A model generated the notes under the pieces. The model made no database searches. It worked only from the letters and a program-made list of their open reading frames with translations, and was not told where the DNA came from. 64,000 nucleotides of DNA from Octopus vulgaris (Eukaryota): the NCBI GenBank assembly GCA_951406725.2, contig OX597832.1, positions 56,110,001-56,174,000 on the forward strand, given 5' to 3'. Each line of letters starts with the position of its first letter. Position 1 is the first letter of the stretch. Of this stretch, positions 43,496 to 59,089 are shown in pieces. The position numbers and the translations under genes are program-made.

Positions 43496-43708
43496 GAAAA
43501 CTACGATATGTATAGTGTTAAAAAACAAAAACCATATACTTCAGAGCTAGGCGAAATGAAATCGCCGCAGAATTGATCACGAGACCGACAGACACTGTAT
43601 TTCGCCGTAGTTGCAGTCTATCAATATCTTTTACATAAACTGGATTCAACAATATTTTTTTTTGTCTTATGTTTCTGCTGATTGATTGTAACGAGAATCC
43701 GTAATTTA

Positions 43709-43779
<71 letters not shown>

Positions 43780-44117
43780 TGTTATTTATTTCTTCTGTTT
43801 GTTTTACTTCATTGTTTCAGTAACTGGAGTGTGGCCATGCTGGAGCACCGCCTTGTACGGTTTTAATCGAACATACCGACACCAATACCTTTTATATTTT
43901 TGTTTATTATTTTGTTTGTTTTTTTTACTTTATGTCTGGTATTTATTCTACTGGTCTGTTTTGCTGAACTGCTAACTCACGAGGACGTAAATAAACCAAC
44001 ACAGATGTCATGCGATGTGAGGGGACAAACACAAACAGATAGACACACACATACAAATACACGTACGCACGCACACGCACACACACACACATACACGCGC
44101 GCACACACAAATATGTG

Positions 44118-44164
<47 letters not shown>

Positions 44165-44169
<5 letters not shown>

Positions 44170-44800
44170 AAAAGGAATACAAAAATGAGACAAGAACGCA
44201 AAACATCTAGACAGTTAGATGATACAAAAAAGGGACAAGAAAAAACAAGGATGGGTCATTCGGAGTTTTCTTTCCTCAGTCGAGTTCCAGATTATCTTTG
44301 CAATTTCGGCTGGTTATACTCGAGATTGCTCCAATCTGGCTAGCCCCAAGGAAAAAGCTCAGCTATGAGCACTAGATTCCTTGGGAGAAAGCAGCGAATG
44401 TATACGAAAACAAGGACGAAAAAACGGACAAATGGTACATAAATACAAATGCAAATAACAGGGCATTAACAACAGGTGTCTTTCGACTAAGGATGAATTA
44501 AATTAAGCTGGCGTGTGTGGAAGTGAAGCCTTACGGCAGGGATATAAGAGGTGACAGGCACGGGGAGGAATATAGATATTGCACAGATGGTAATCGAACC
44601 AAAAAAGGTCGGGCTTGGCCGAACACCGGTCACGTGGGGAGAGAGAGGAGAGAGGTAGAGGCAGAAGGATAGAAGAATTAGGGAGGGACAAGAAAAAATA
44701 AAAGGAACAGAGTGAAGTGAAAGAGGAGGGAAGGTGAGAATGAAGAGAAAGCCAGGAAATGTGAGAGAGGGGGAACGAAAGAAAGAAGAGTGGAAAGAGC
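44165..44800. mobile_element. Unclassified interspersed repeat (homologous to 48190-48695)
   Basis: ~500 bp collinear similarity (cagattatctttgcaatt, ctcgagattgctccaatctggc, ccggtcacgtggg). Confidence 0.7.
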
Positions 44801-45357
44801 AAAGCATTGAGATCTTTTGCTTTTTAAAACTTTACTAAGTTTCGGTGTTGTTGTAACTCATCAGGGATCGCTAAATCTAAATGGAAAAAAAACTACTACT
44901 TTCAACGCGGTATCCCAGCATGGCCACAATCTAATGACACACACAAGTAAAAGGAAAATAAAAGACTAACTAAATAAAAGACAAACTAATTGAAACGAAA
45001 TAAAATAAATAAATAGAAACAACCTCAAGTCTAGCTTTCGCTGCAGACGTCTATAAATGCGCCGTCCTACCTCCTTCGTTATGTGTATCACCTACTTATT
45101 AAAGCCGTTAACTGACCAGGTTACGCTTGTGAAAACTGATAACTACAATTATAGAGTATATTAGTTTTTCGACTCCACCTTCAATGCTTAAAACATAAAG
45201 TATTGTTTGTTTGTATTGTTGTTGTTGTTGCTGGTGGTGGTGGTGGTGGTGTTGGTGTTTTCTTTTTTCATTTTGTCTGTGTTTGTTATCTTCCAGTCAC
45301 GAGAAAGGTGGAGCTAGACAATCAAATTACATATGTATGCATGCGTGTATGTGTGTG

Positions 45358-45403
<46 letters not shown>

Positions 45404-45546
45404 TATATATAATATAATATATATACATGTATTTACATATACGTGCATACATATATATACTCACACATATACATATATCTATATATCTGTGTGTATATAT
45501 AGATATGTTTATGTATATATGGGTACATTTATACATATATGCATAA

Positions 45547-45591
<45 letters not shown>

Positions 45592-45712
45592 GCATACATA
45601 TACACACGCATATGTATATATGCATAGATATATACATATATATATATATATATATACATGCATATGTATATATATATATATGTATGTATATATAGATATT
45701 TATACATATATA

Positions 45713-45748
<36 letters not shown>

Positions 45749-45790
45749 CACACACACACAAATATGTATATACATACACGTCTATGTCTG

Positions 45791-45835
<45 letters not shown>

Positions 45836-46070
45836 ATATGTATATATGTATATATATATATATATATGTACATATGCATATATACGCATATATATATATA
45901 TGCTCGTGTTAATTTTTTGTGAGTGCGTGTGCTTTCTGATGTGTAATCATATTACAGTGAACAAACGTGACTACTTTTACATGATTAAATTGCGTGTCAA
46001 ATACAACCTTCATCAGATATAATTCAAGTGGCGGTTCTCTCTCTTTCTCTCCCGCTCTCTCTCTCCTCCG

Positions 46071-46120
<50 letters not shown>

Positions 46121-46228
46121 AACGGCAACTTTATGTAAGAGTACTTTATCCTACGACTGCGTGTTATCAATACCCGGTGGGACATACACACAACTAAATG
46201 CCCGTAGGAAAGGACGTTACCTTATATA

Positions 46229-47715
46229 CAGAGTGCACCGTAAAGAATTCCCGATTGATTTTTAGTTGTAATTTTTAGTAAAGGGCATAAGAACACACGA
46301 GTTATCTTGGATTTAATTGAATATGGTCATGTAACATATTAAGGTACGTTTCATTCAATGCGTCCGCTTTAGCCTTCATAATCACCCGAAGACAATCGAG
46401 TACAGTCACACGAATGCCAGCGACTTCTTCATTTAAACGATCCCATGATGCGACTAAGGCTTTCTGCAGACTGATGATATTTTTGTAGGGAACTCTTGAA
46501 ACATCACTTTCTAGAAGGGACCAAATAGCGCAGTCCATATGGTTGATGTCTAGGCTTGAGAGGACCACACATTCTTATCCTAGAACGTCTGAAATGGTTC
46601 CTGTACCACTGCTGTGTCTCATTGGAATATGGGAAAGAGCGCAGTTTTGCATAAATACGTAATTATCTCCAAATACTTCGGTCACCCATGACGAAACATT
46701 ATCCTCCAACATTTTCGTGTAAATTGCCGAATTAACCTTCGTCCCCTCTTTAACCCTTTCATTTCCAACCAGGCTAAAACCACCTCTGGCTCTGTAGTAC
46801 AAATGTCTTGTTTTCATAAGTTTTGAATTAAAATCTTCCACCAAAGCTTAGTCACAATTTATGTTCCTAGCACTAGCTTAAATTATTTTACTAAATTCTT
46901 TGTTATAGTTAAAATTAATTGAAAGAAGCACAAAACATCTCAAAAGAAATATGGTAACAATAGGGTTAATTAACTCCTGAGAAGTATTTCCACTATCGGA
47001 TGGCATTGCCGCCCGAAACATCACTCCATCATTTCATTCGGCGAAATACACACGACGACCTTTGGGAACAGCGTCCGACCACGTGACCAAAATTCTGTCA
47101 TTCTGGGCGTTCCCTGCAACCTCTACGGTGAATATCTTTTCGTCCGACCAGATGAAGACGTTGTCACCGGCGCTCTGAATCTCCTACGCTATTTTCTTAC
47201 ACCATTTTCTTGGAAGCGGCCGAAATCAGGTGTCGACGTTGCAATTTTAATGGCCTACAATTTAAGTCTTCATGCACGACCCGTTGCATGTTTGTCTGAT
47301 AGATATCGAGACTTTTAGCCATTTGCCTCTTACTCCGCCATGGATTTCGCGACACTCTTTCGGACGACATCCACTGATTGTTTCTTCCTTGCAGATAGTT
47401 TTCGACCAAGAATGGGCTTGCTGTCGATTGAACCTGTCTCACTATAGCTTTTCATGACATTATAAACTGTTTTATTATCAACACCAATCCCTGAAGCCAC
47501 ATCTTTGGTGCTATGTCCTTCGTTTTTTCAGAACTACAATCCAACTGTTAGCCGCCATATTGAAACATTTTATCGCCGAATGTAAACAAACAATGGAATG
47601 TTCTTGAACAATTGAATGTCGAGGAGCGCATTTTAATTATTCTTATGCAATTCCAAATTAAATTTAATAAAATAAACTTATTTAAATAATAGGGAATTCT
47701 TTACAGTGCACCCTG
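46229..47715 (-). mobile_element. Degenerate Tc1/mariner-superfamily transposon (maT/DD37D-like)
   Basis: 24-bp TIRs cagagtgcaccgtaaagaattccc / gggaattctttacagtgcaccctg (2 mismatches), TA flanks; WSDEKIFTVE..NAQNDR, FMQNCA, SSLDINHMDCAIW remnants. Confidence 0.9.
46754..46965. mobile_element. piggyBac-type MITE nested in the transposase
   Basis: TTAA-CCC...GGG-TTAA (TTAA at 46750-53 and 46966-69), imperfect TIRs, interrupts transposase remnants. Confidence 0.75.
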
Positions 47716-47864
47716 TAGACTCATACGTCCACTCTTGGCGCCAAAATTCCGAAGTTAGAATCGAAGGTTGTCTGATGTCTTATTCTGGCTCTTGACTTGA
47801 AACCGGCACGGTAATGCCACGAAATCACTGCTGTCATTTCTAGCATCGTTTCTCTCTAATCTCT

Positions 47865-48130
47865 TATCTTTTACTTGTTTTAGTCATCGGACTACGGCCA
47901 CGCTGGAGCACCACCTTGAAGAATGTTTTGTCGAACAAATCGACAGCAGTACTTATTTTTTTAAAGCCTGGTACTTATCCTATCGGTCTGTTTTTTTCCG
48001 AATTGCTAGATTATTGGACGTAAACAAACCAACACCAGTTGTCAAGTGGTTGTGGGTACAAACACAAATACTGACATAGGTATATACATATCGGGAGTGC
48101 AACTCCCTAACCACAAGGCCACGCGCCTAC
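47865..48130 (-). mobile_element. SINE family B, diverged and partial
   Basis: Tail match tttacttgttttagtc...gctggagcacc. Confidence 0.7.
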
Positions 48131-48189
48131 ACTTGACACTTCATACTTACATGCAAAGAATCCTATGTATGTATGTATGTATGTATGTA

Positions 48190-48695
48190 TAAAAAATACA
48201 AAATGGGACAAGAATGCAAAACATCTGGACAGTTAGGTGATGCAAAAATGGGACAACAAAAAATCCAGATAGACGATACAAAGAAAACAAGGACGGGTCA
48301 TTCGGAGTACCAGATTATCTTTGCAATTCCGGTTGATTATACTCGAGATTGCTCCAATCTGGCCAGCCCCAACGAAAAACTAAGCTAGGAGCATTAGATT
48401 CCTTGGAAGAAAGCAGTGAATGTATACGAAAACAAGGACGGGAAAAAATGGAGAATGTTACACAAATACAATAAAAATAATTTTAAAAAAACAGGACATA
48501 ATAACAGGTGTCTTTCGACGAAGGACGAATTAAATTAAGCTGGCATATGTGGAAATACAAGGTTTCACGGGCACAGGGAGGAATATCGATGTTGCACGGA
48601 CGACGGCCGGCCAAGAAAGAAAGATCAGGCTTGGTCGAACGCCGGTCACGTGGGAAGAGAAGGGAGAGAGCTAGAAGCAGAGGTATAGAAGAATT
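48190..48695. mobile_element. Unclassified interspersed repeat in (ATGT)n
   Basis: Second copy of 44165-44800. Confidence 0.7.
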
Positions 48696-48769
48696 ATGTA
48701 TGTATGTATGTATGTATGTATGTATGTATGTATGTATGTATGTATGTATGTATGTATGTATCCAGCATA

Positions 48770-48975
48770 AGGTCCAGGCCTTAACATACTTCTCAGGGAG
48801 ATTCAGTGTGAAACAAAATGTGCCAAGACTGGCCCTCAGAATTACAGATGCAACTCATTTTTGCCAGCTCAGTGGACTGGAGCAACATCTTGCTAAAGAA
48901 CACATCACCCCGCCGGGAATCGAACTCAAGACTTTGCGATCGTGAGCCAAATACCATAACCACTAATCCACGCGG
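48770..48975 (-). mobile_element. tRNA-derived SINE family C
   Basis: Minus-strand tggattagtgg (A-box) and gagttcgattccc (B-box); homologous to 55055-55335. Confidence 0.72.
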
Positions 48976-49962
48976 CGTCATTGGTTGTAAATTACGAACC
49001 CTACAACTGGCTGGCATCCAGTTCAGGGCGAAGAGGGATGTTGTGATATTGGTGCCATATATGCCATGGAAACCGGGTACCCGACCCGACAAGTCCCAGG
49101 ACTCGAGATAGTAACGTCCAAGGGACTTACTTTTATCCAGTACCTGCGCTGCGGCGACCCACGAACCATCAATCGTTTAGCCTGAGACCAACAGCTTTAT
49201 CGATTATGCCAACTGGGAGTCCCTATACTATGTTATATAGATCGCCTGCCACTTTGATAACCACCAGAGTCTGTTTTTGCCGCTGGCCGTAAAGCCTTGT
49301 TGTCTCACTGTCCTCCGGGCAATAGGCTCCTTTGAAGACACCAGCAGCACCTTTGAAGACACTCTTGCAAACAAGAGAAAAAGGAAAAAAAAAACAAAGA
49401 CTCCAAACCAGCTCTGAACCCGCTTACCTTCTCATATAGCCTGTTTTGTCTCTCGAACGGAACTCTTCGAGCATCAGCAAGCCCGCAACAAACGCGGACA
49501 TTCAACTCTGCATATCTTCCATCGGGGAAGCCAAGCAAAGACGATGAAGAACAATAAGGATTTTGGGTCTACACTATCTTCCCTGGGAACAATTCAGCCA
49601 ACATTTAATGAAGTTTCGTGTTAATTGGGTTGTTACTGGATCGGTTTGCTATTGATTCGAGCAGCTGTTAGCATCGGGAGGAAGAAAAAAAAAATTTTCC
49701 CAGCCACGAGAATATCATATCAGGAGATATCTGGCTTCTTCTCTCTCTAAGCAGCTTGCTTCTTTACCAGCTCATATATCGTGACAATATCACGCAGATT
49801 GCTAGCATCGAATTGCCAATCAAGATAATGACATGTTTTAATTAGACAGTGTCAACTTCTTACTCGAAATAGAAATCTCATTAACAGGGAAATAATTCTA
49901 CAATAGGTTCCCGGGTTTTATTTTTTTTTCTCCCTTCGTTTTTGAGTTTGATTTGTTTTGTT

Positions 49963-50830
<868 letters not shown>

Positions 50831-51216
50831 GAGAATGAGTGAATGAGCATGTGAATGCGCGCGCGCGTCTTTTCGTCTTTTGTTTATTAATTTTTATAGC
50901 CAAACTGGATTCCAAGAATTATTCCGTTTTTAACCCTGTTTTCCGCGGTTTTGTTTTAAATCATTTGCTATCGTTGCACAATGTCATGTAGACCACCATA
51001 TCCCCTGGAAAAAAACTGCCAACGGCTTCCTTTGTAACTCGCAACAGATCCACAGATTACTCCAAGAACATCCCCGGGAGAGTTCCTCCATGCTCATCCA
51101 TGGACAGTTCCTCTACCATAGATTCCGGGAATCCTAACCATGCAGCACTCTGGCCGGCTCTGATAATTTGCACTCACTCACTCACTCTCACACGCATTCT
51201 CTCATACGCACACTTG

Positions 51217-51247
<31 letters not shown>

Positions 51248-51996
51248 TCTCTCTCTTTCTCTAGTATATTCTTAGCTACAATAGTGGCAACATGGATTTT
51301 TTTCTATCTTCTTGCTCTATTAGAGTATTTGAGTAAAATTAAATTGTGTCCAACTGATTAAAACTCCGTTTATATATTTGTGCTGCTGAGGATAGCCCTG
51401 CATTTAAATTAATGTAATGATAACATTGTTCAATTAAATGGAGCCGCTTGAAACGATCGTACTACCTCACTTCATGATATCCTGTTGCCTATTTTGATTA
51501 TATATATATAGCAAAACTTTCAAACACTAAGATTTGAAATAAGATGTCACTGCTGTTAATATCATCTGTGGCTCAAGTTTAAAATTGATGCTATCAACAG
51601 CAGTAACATAGGTGGTCCGCAGGCAAGTAGCATTATTTAGCTATGAATTACAAATTCGCACGAAACGTAAAGATGCTGAAAAGCGTGTGCACGCACACAC
51701 ACACACACACAGACATATATGTACAGCTAGGTGCAATGTAATACCATAAAGGAAATTCTTTTTCGTCACTAATTGTGTCTGAGGGTGTCGAAGTACCTAT
51801 ATTTCAAGGAATAAGAGTTACAGATTTAAGAGATTTTAACTCTTGCAATATATATTTGCAATATATATGCCTCGGCAGCGCCTGTCACAATTAATGACAG
51901 GCGATAGGAGAAAGCACTCGTGCTAGGTGCCACGCAGAGGGACTGAATCCGAAACTAGACGGTTGGAAAAGCTTACCACAGAGCTACGCTTGCATC

Positions 51997-52027
<31 letters not shown>

Positions 52028-52029
52028 TT

Positions 52030-52639
<610 letters not shown>

Positions 52640-53097
52640 GACAGAGGGAGAGAGAGACAGAAACCAAATTCCTACGTTCAAACGATTGCGCCAGTTTGCC
52701 GCCTTGATACAAAAACAAAGATATTTAAACCTGAAAACCAACCCAAAACAGTAATTTAATTCAAGTTGTTTTCAACAGCACATATGGGTATATAAGGGTA
52801 TTTAATGCAGCATAATTATCTAGTTAATTATAACATTTTAATTAATGCATTTGTACGTTCTAGCATTTTAATTAACGTTGTTGTTTCTTGGGAAATTGAA
52901 GATTCATTATTCCTTTCGGCGCAGAAGCGTCTCCACCGCTGAGTGTGATGCACTATTAATTTGCCTCTGTTATTAAAAAGCTTCCTCGGTCCTTGATTTT
53001 GTGGAAACTTGATGTGCGAGAAATAGCAGATAAATTTTCATTATTATATCGTTCGATATTTAATGAAAGAAAAAGAAAGGAAACAAAGTCATGCTTA

Positions 53098-53593
<496 letters not shown>

Positions 53594-53711
53594 TATGTGA
53601 AAATATTTAAAAAATGAAATGGACGGACGAATATTAAAGAATTATATTGAGAGTGTTTTACAAAGTAGCGCGGAAATTAGTCTCCCGTGAGACCGTATAT
53701 CAAAGAATATA

Positions 53712-53936
53712 TCTCTTTACTACCCACAAGGGGCTAAACACAGAGGGAACAAACAAGGACAGACAAATGGATTAAGTCGATCATATCGACCCCAGTGCGT
53801 AACTGGTACTTATTTAATCGACCCGAGAGGATGAAAGGCAAAGTCGACCTCGGCGGAATTTGAACTCAGAACGTAACGACAGACGAAATACGGCTACGCA
53901 TTTCGCCCGGCGTGCTAACGTTTCTGCCAGCTCGCC
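53712..53936 (-). mobile_element. SINE family A monomer
   Basis: Full head and tail; tcaaagaata repeated on both sides. Confidence 0.85.
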
Positions 53937-54755
53937 TCAAAGAATAAACGACGTTCATGGGTTAACATGTTTGTTTTAGGAGACAGTGTATCTTGGAGTA
54001 TAATATTTAATGTGTCCGTCTTAGAGTTAGACAGCAGAGCCTCAGAAGCAAAATGCCGGAGGCAAATAATGAAAATAATATGTGTTTAATAATGGAAGCA
54101 TTCCTCGTTTGCTCTGAAGAAAGTAATACGGTTAGAGGAAGTTTAAGGTTGATTGAAGAATACGATGCAAAAATAAAAGAAAAACCATTTTGGTATTTTT
54201 GTTTTCTTTGTAATTTGAATCTCTGATGTTCTAAACATGAAATGCGAATAACATGAAAAGTATAATAAGGAAATTCTAGATGGAGCGGAGGGGAGTAAGG
54301 AAGTGAATTTGTATAAGAAATGGTATTTTGTAGAATCTTGATCTATTTTTGAAATATGTTTATCAGAACATGTAATCGGCGAGCGTATGACTGAAAACAT
54401 ATTTACGTCTAAAAGTTTATTGGAAAAAAAAAAAGAATATGTACGCATATTATATATTTGTACGCTTTTACTTATAGCATTATCTGCTTCGAGTTTCATA
54501 GCTTAAATCGATATGTTTCCAGGTCTCTCGAAGTTTCTGAATTCTTTTGGCGTAAAACAAAATAAAATTCTTGTTTGTAAGAACAAAGCTTATAAAATAG
54601 AGAGTAAAATCCCAAGGTTTACATTGGTACAATGGTAGAACATCTGACATGTTCACAGAAGATTAGGTTCGTATCCTACGGGCACTTTTCGATTCTTTCC
54701 TTACCGGGAAGTTCTTTTATAACCCGAGTTCCACCATTAAAACGTTTTATTTTCA

Positions 54756-55560
<805 letters not shown>

Positions 55561-55577
55561 GAATATATACATACATA

Positions 55578-55636
<59 letters not shown>

Positions 55637-55639
<3 letters not shown>

Positions 55640-56092
55640 TATATTATAGAGGGTACTACTATTCGTAGATACCAACACGCTAAAAGGGACCAATGCGGTC
55701 AAAACTACTAAAAATAAACAAAATTTTACCGAATGCAAAACTTCAAAACACATCATTTTCAAAAAGAATTCAGTTACATATCACATGTGATTTCGCATTT
55801 AATGCATATTCTGCATTAAATGCGAAATCACATGTGATATGTAACTGAATTCTTTTTAAAATGATGTTTTTTAAAATGATGTGTTTTGAAGTTTTGCATT
55901 CGGTAAAATTTTGTTTATTTTTAGTAGTTTTGACCGCATTGGTCCCTTTTAGCGTGTTGGTATCTACGAATAGTAGTACCCTCTATAATATAAATGAATA
56001 TTTTCAAAGAGGAAGAATTTACGGATTTTTTCTCTTACGAGGTTTTTCACGCTGACTACTGATAATTTCTTTTAAAGATTTTATCCTCAATT

Positions 56093-56096
<4 letters not shown>
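55637..56096 (+). mobile_element. Fold-back (AT)n-inserted element with ~170-bp inverted arms and a half hammerhead
   Basis: 55637-55806 inverts 55812-55995; GCAU-uaa-AUGC-GAAA-UCACAUGUGA-UA at 55813-55839. Confidence 0.82.
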
Positions 56097-56145
<49 letters not shown>

Positions 56146-57054
56146 CATACATTGTCACACACAAAGAGCGAGAATGGTGAATTATGAAGAGGGGAAGATA
56201 AGTTTATGAAAAACACTTTGTGACATTAGCGCTGGAGGAAAACTTCTAATTACTGATGACAGATATAAGCAAAATGGTTAGGAAATGATATACTTAGTGA
56301 TCGGTTTGTCACCTGTTATGTTGCAAGGCTTACAGCTCTATGGATATTACTAATGCTGGTTGACGTGACAGGAAACTATCTGGGGTGTCAACGAATATAA
56401 TAAAGGAAAGATTATTTAATTAGAATATTTTGCCCTTTGGAAAACAAATGTTTGGCAGCATGTTACGATTAGCGACAGTGGGCAAATACTGCAGATTCTT
56501 ATAGCCTGTACATCTAACAATAAAAAAATGGTGTCAAGATATTACATTCATATTTGATCATAAGAGTTTATTGCCTCCAAATGGTCACGTGATTTCGTTG
56601 GTGTAGGATCATATATAATATAATTAAAAAAAGCTTCTTGTTAATAGTTCGGAGCATGTAACTTTTACGAAAAGAAAGCAATTATTGAAGTCTACACTGT
56701 CTAGAAAACTCTTAAAAATTCCAATTTAAATATATTTTATCAAATTTCTGTTAATATTTATTTGAGATAGTTATTGTTTTATAACATCTTACAGTACGAG
56801 ATTGTTAACCTATTTAACGTCTTACATTCTTCTCTCTTTATTTTTTTCTCTTTCATACACAATTTATAACTATTTATTTTCTGTTTATACTTTTTCTAAA
56901 AACATAAAAGTTGCCCAGATAAGTTTATGAAAACATAAGAAGAGAGAAGAACGTCAGACGTTAAAAAGGTCTTTTCGTCTAATTTTCACGCTAGTTCTGC
57001 TTCAAATTCTGCCGAGGTCGACTTTACTTTTCATCCTTTCGGGGGTCGATAAAA

Positions 57055-57365
57055 TAATAATGTTCGTCCTTCGGGTTCGAAGATGACCACTGACATCATC
57101 TGGTGGAACTGCCGCTATGAGACCGGAGGTGGCTAGTGAGGCCAATCCGGGCAAGGAAGCCCCTCCCACAGGTGGGGCAGAAGTGGGTAGGGGCTGTGCT
57201 ACTGGTGCAGGCGGCTCTGGCTTTCCGCATCTGGCGTTTCTGCTCTGCTGACCGAATCCGTCCCTCCTCGGCTGTCCCTGCTCCTGTGGTGATTGCGCTG
57301 CGCCAGGATGAGCGGTCGGCAGCAAGTGTCTCCCAAGTCTCTGTGCCGATGGAGAAGTCTTTGAG
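57055..57365 (-). mobile_element. 3' end of RTE-clade LINE inserted in a family A SINE
   Basis: Open frame 57365-57096: WETLAADRSSWR...CPTCGRGFLARIGLTSHLRSH*; short 3' UTR with hairpin 57069-57082 and (TTA) tail; SINE resumes at 57364. Confidence 0.9.
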
Positions 57366-57499
57366 TACCAGTTAAACTCTGGGGTCGATGTAATCCCCGA
57401 GCTTGCTGGCCTTGTGCCAAAATTTGCAACCAATATCAACTCTTTGAGGAGAGATAAAAAGGGATCAGAACTGAGAGATTTCGTTATTGCTAAGTCCTT

Positions 57500-57690
57500 A
57501 AGCAATGCCGGACAAAATGCTTAGCGGATTATCTTTCTGCTTTACGTTCAGAATTGAAATTATGCCGAGGTCGACTGTACCTTTTATCCTTTCGGGATTG
57601 AAAAAATTAGCACCAGTTAAGCCCTGGGGGTCGAATTGATAGACTAACCCATATCCCAAAATTTCATATGTTTATAGTAGAAAGAATTAT
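57500..57690 (+). mobile_element. SINE family A, diverged
   Basis: gccgaggtcgactgtaccttttatcctttcggg. Confidence 0.72.
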
Positions 57691-57699
57691 TGGCAAGCT

Positions 57700-58100
57700 T
57701 GTGTTGTGAAAACGAAAGATATTAAATTTGGAAGGAAGGATCTATTATTGATAATTGATACGAGTGGAAAGGAATGGTTTATGGCGTTCTCTTATGAAAA
57801 GAGAAACAAACACAAGAGAAGGAACGAAATGATAATTTGTAAGGAACAGATAATAATGCTGCAGGGTCTTTTTTATAGGGATATAATCGTCTATTTCTAT
57901 AACATGTAAATCAGTAAACGAAATCAGAGAAAAATTATTAAGACGTGTTATGAAAGAGAGAGTAAATATAGAAGGAAGAGAATTTTCTAAGATAAAGTAT
58001 GGCAATAATGTTGTGGATTTGCTAGCAGTATCTCAGATGGCAAATTGAGTGTATAAACGAATGTTGAACACTTTGGGCCGAAAGTACAGTCGATTTTTAT
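57700..58100 (+). pseudogene. Highly decayed LINE reverse transcriptase fragment
   Basis: LQG..FYN followed by [22 protein letters not shown], resembling QG..LSP.LFN and YADD motifs at plausible spacing. Confidence 0.4.
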
Positions 58101-58146
58101 ACATTCTCTACGCGTAAAGCCGGAAGATGCGGCAGAATTGTGTGCG

Positions 58147-58256
<110 letters not shown>

Positions 58257-58415
58257 CAAATTGAGATAGGGGTTGTAAATGCAACCCTCCATGGGATAAC
58301 ATATATCCAATATACTGCTAGTGAAGTACCCAACAAAGTTAATACATAAATGTTAGTGATTGCGATGTAATCAATTCATTTACTGTATTATATGGGCAAA
58401 GGTAAAATGATTTAC

Positions 58416-58476
<61 letters not shown>

Positions 58477-58680
58477 AATTAAATTACGGAATATTGATGT
58501 CTACCATTCTCGGTGTTGCCGAGGCGAGTTTTCTTCCTCGGTCTGTGACATTCAGGTGTTCTTTAACACTCGGAGTCGTTTGTGGAGCTTTCCCGGACGC
58601 TACCCTGCAGCAAATTTGATATATAAACAAAACACAAAAACACATACACAATGTATGTGCAGCCTATATATATATATGGT

Positions 58681-58750
58681 TGGGTGGGGAGAACGTGCTG
58701 AGACCTTCGTCCTGCTGTGGACTGAACATAAGTAATCCCATCCAATCCAA
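58681..58750 (+). mobile_element. Tiny RTE-like LINE 3' end
   Basis: WGERAETFVLLWTEHK* (58685-58735) resembles W....EAFVLQW termini; (TCCAA)n tail. Confidence 0.5.
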
Positions 58751-58810
58751 TTTCTTTCTACCTCCTTCCCCTCCTCTCTCTCTCTCTCTCTCTATCATTA
58801 TATATATATA

Positions 58811-58990
58811 GTTGGAATTTATAAAATACAAAAGACGAAGACAGGCGTGTAAACAACAAACTCACGGGAAGGTGAGAAAGTGTTTTACAGTTCGAGCCTA
58901 CGCTCTTCAACAGAAAGGAACACGGGAAAATAAACACAGAGAGAATAAAAAATGAACACTTTAGTACCTAGCGGACAATCATGGCGATGG
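58811..58990 (-). mobile_element. Short non-autonomous PLE-like element with hammerhead-variant motif (copy 3)
   Basis: UUU-CUGUUGA-A-GAGC-guag-GCUC-GAACU-GUA-AAA at 58882-58916; homologous to 33557-33762. Confidence 0.68.
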
Positions 58991-59017
58991 CCAGACACAC
59001 ACATACACACACACACA

Positions 59018-59089
<72 letters not shown>

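Noticed and set aside
44830-44866. Minus-strand CUGAUGA...GAAACUUAGUA
   Set aside because: Core present but stems I and II do not pair; at best a heavily decayed copy
48900-48975. tRNA gene
   Set aside because: A/B boxes present but no full cloverleaf and it continues into a SINE body
57002-57505. 167-aa ORF as a gene
   Set aside because: Off-frame read across the RTE fragment and SINE; the meaningful frame is 57365-57096
58290-58745. Peptide similarity GITYIQYTA (plus) vs GITYVQSTA (minus)
   Set aside because: The second is the antisense of an RTE-like 3' end; the short match is likely coincidental
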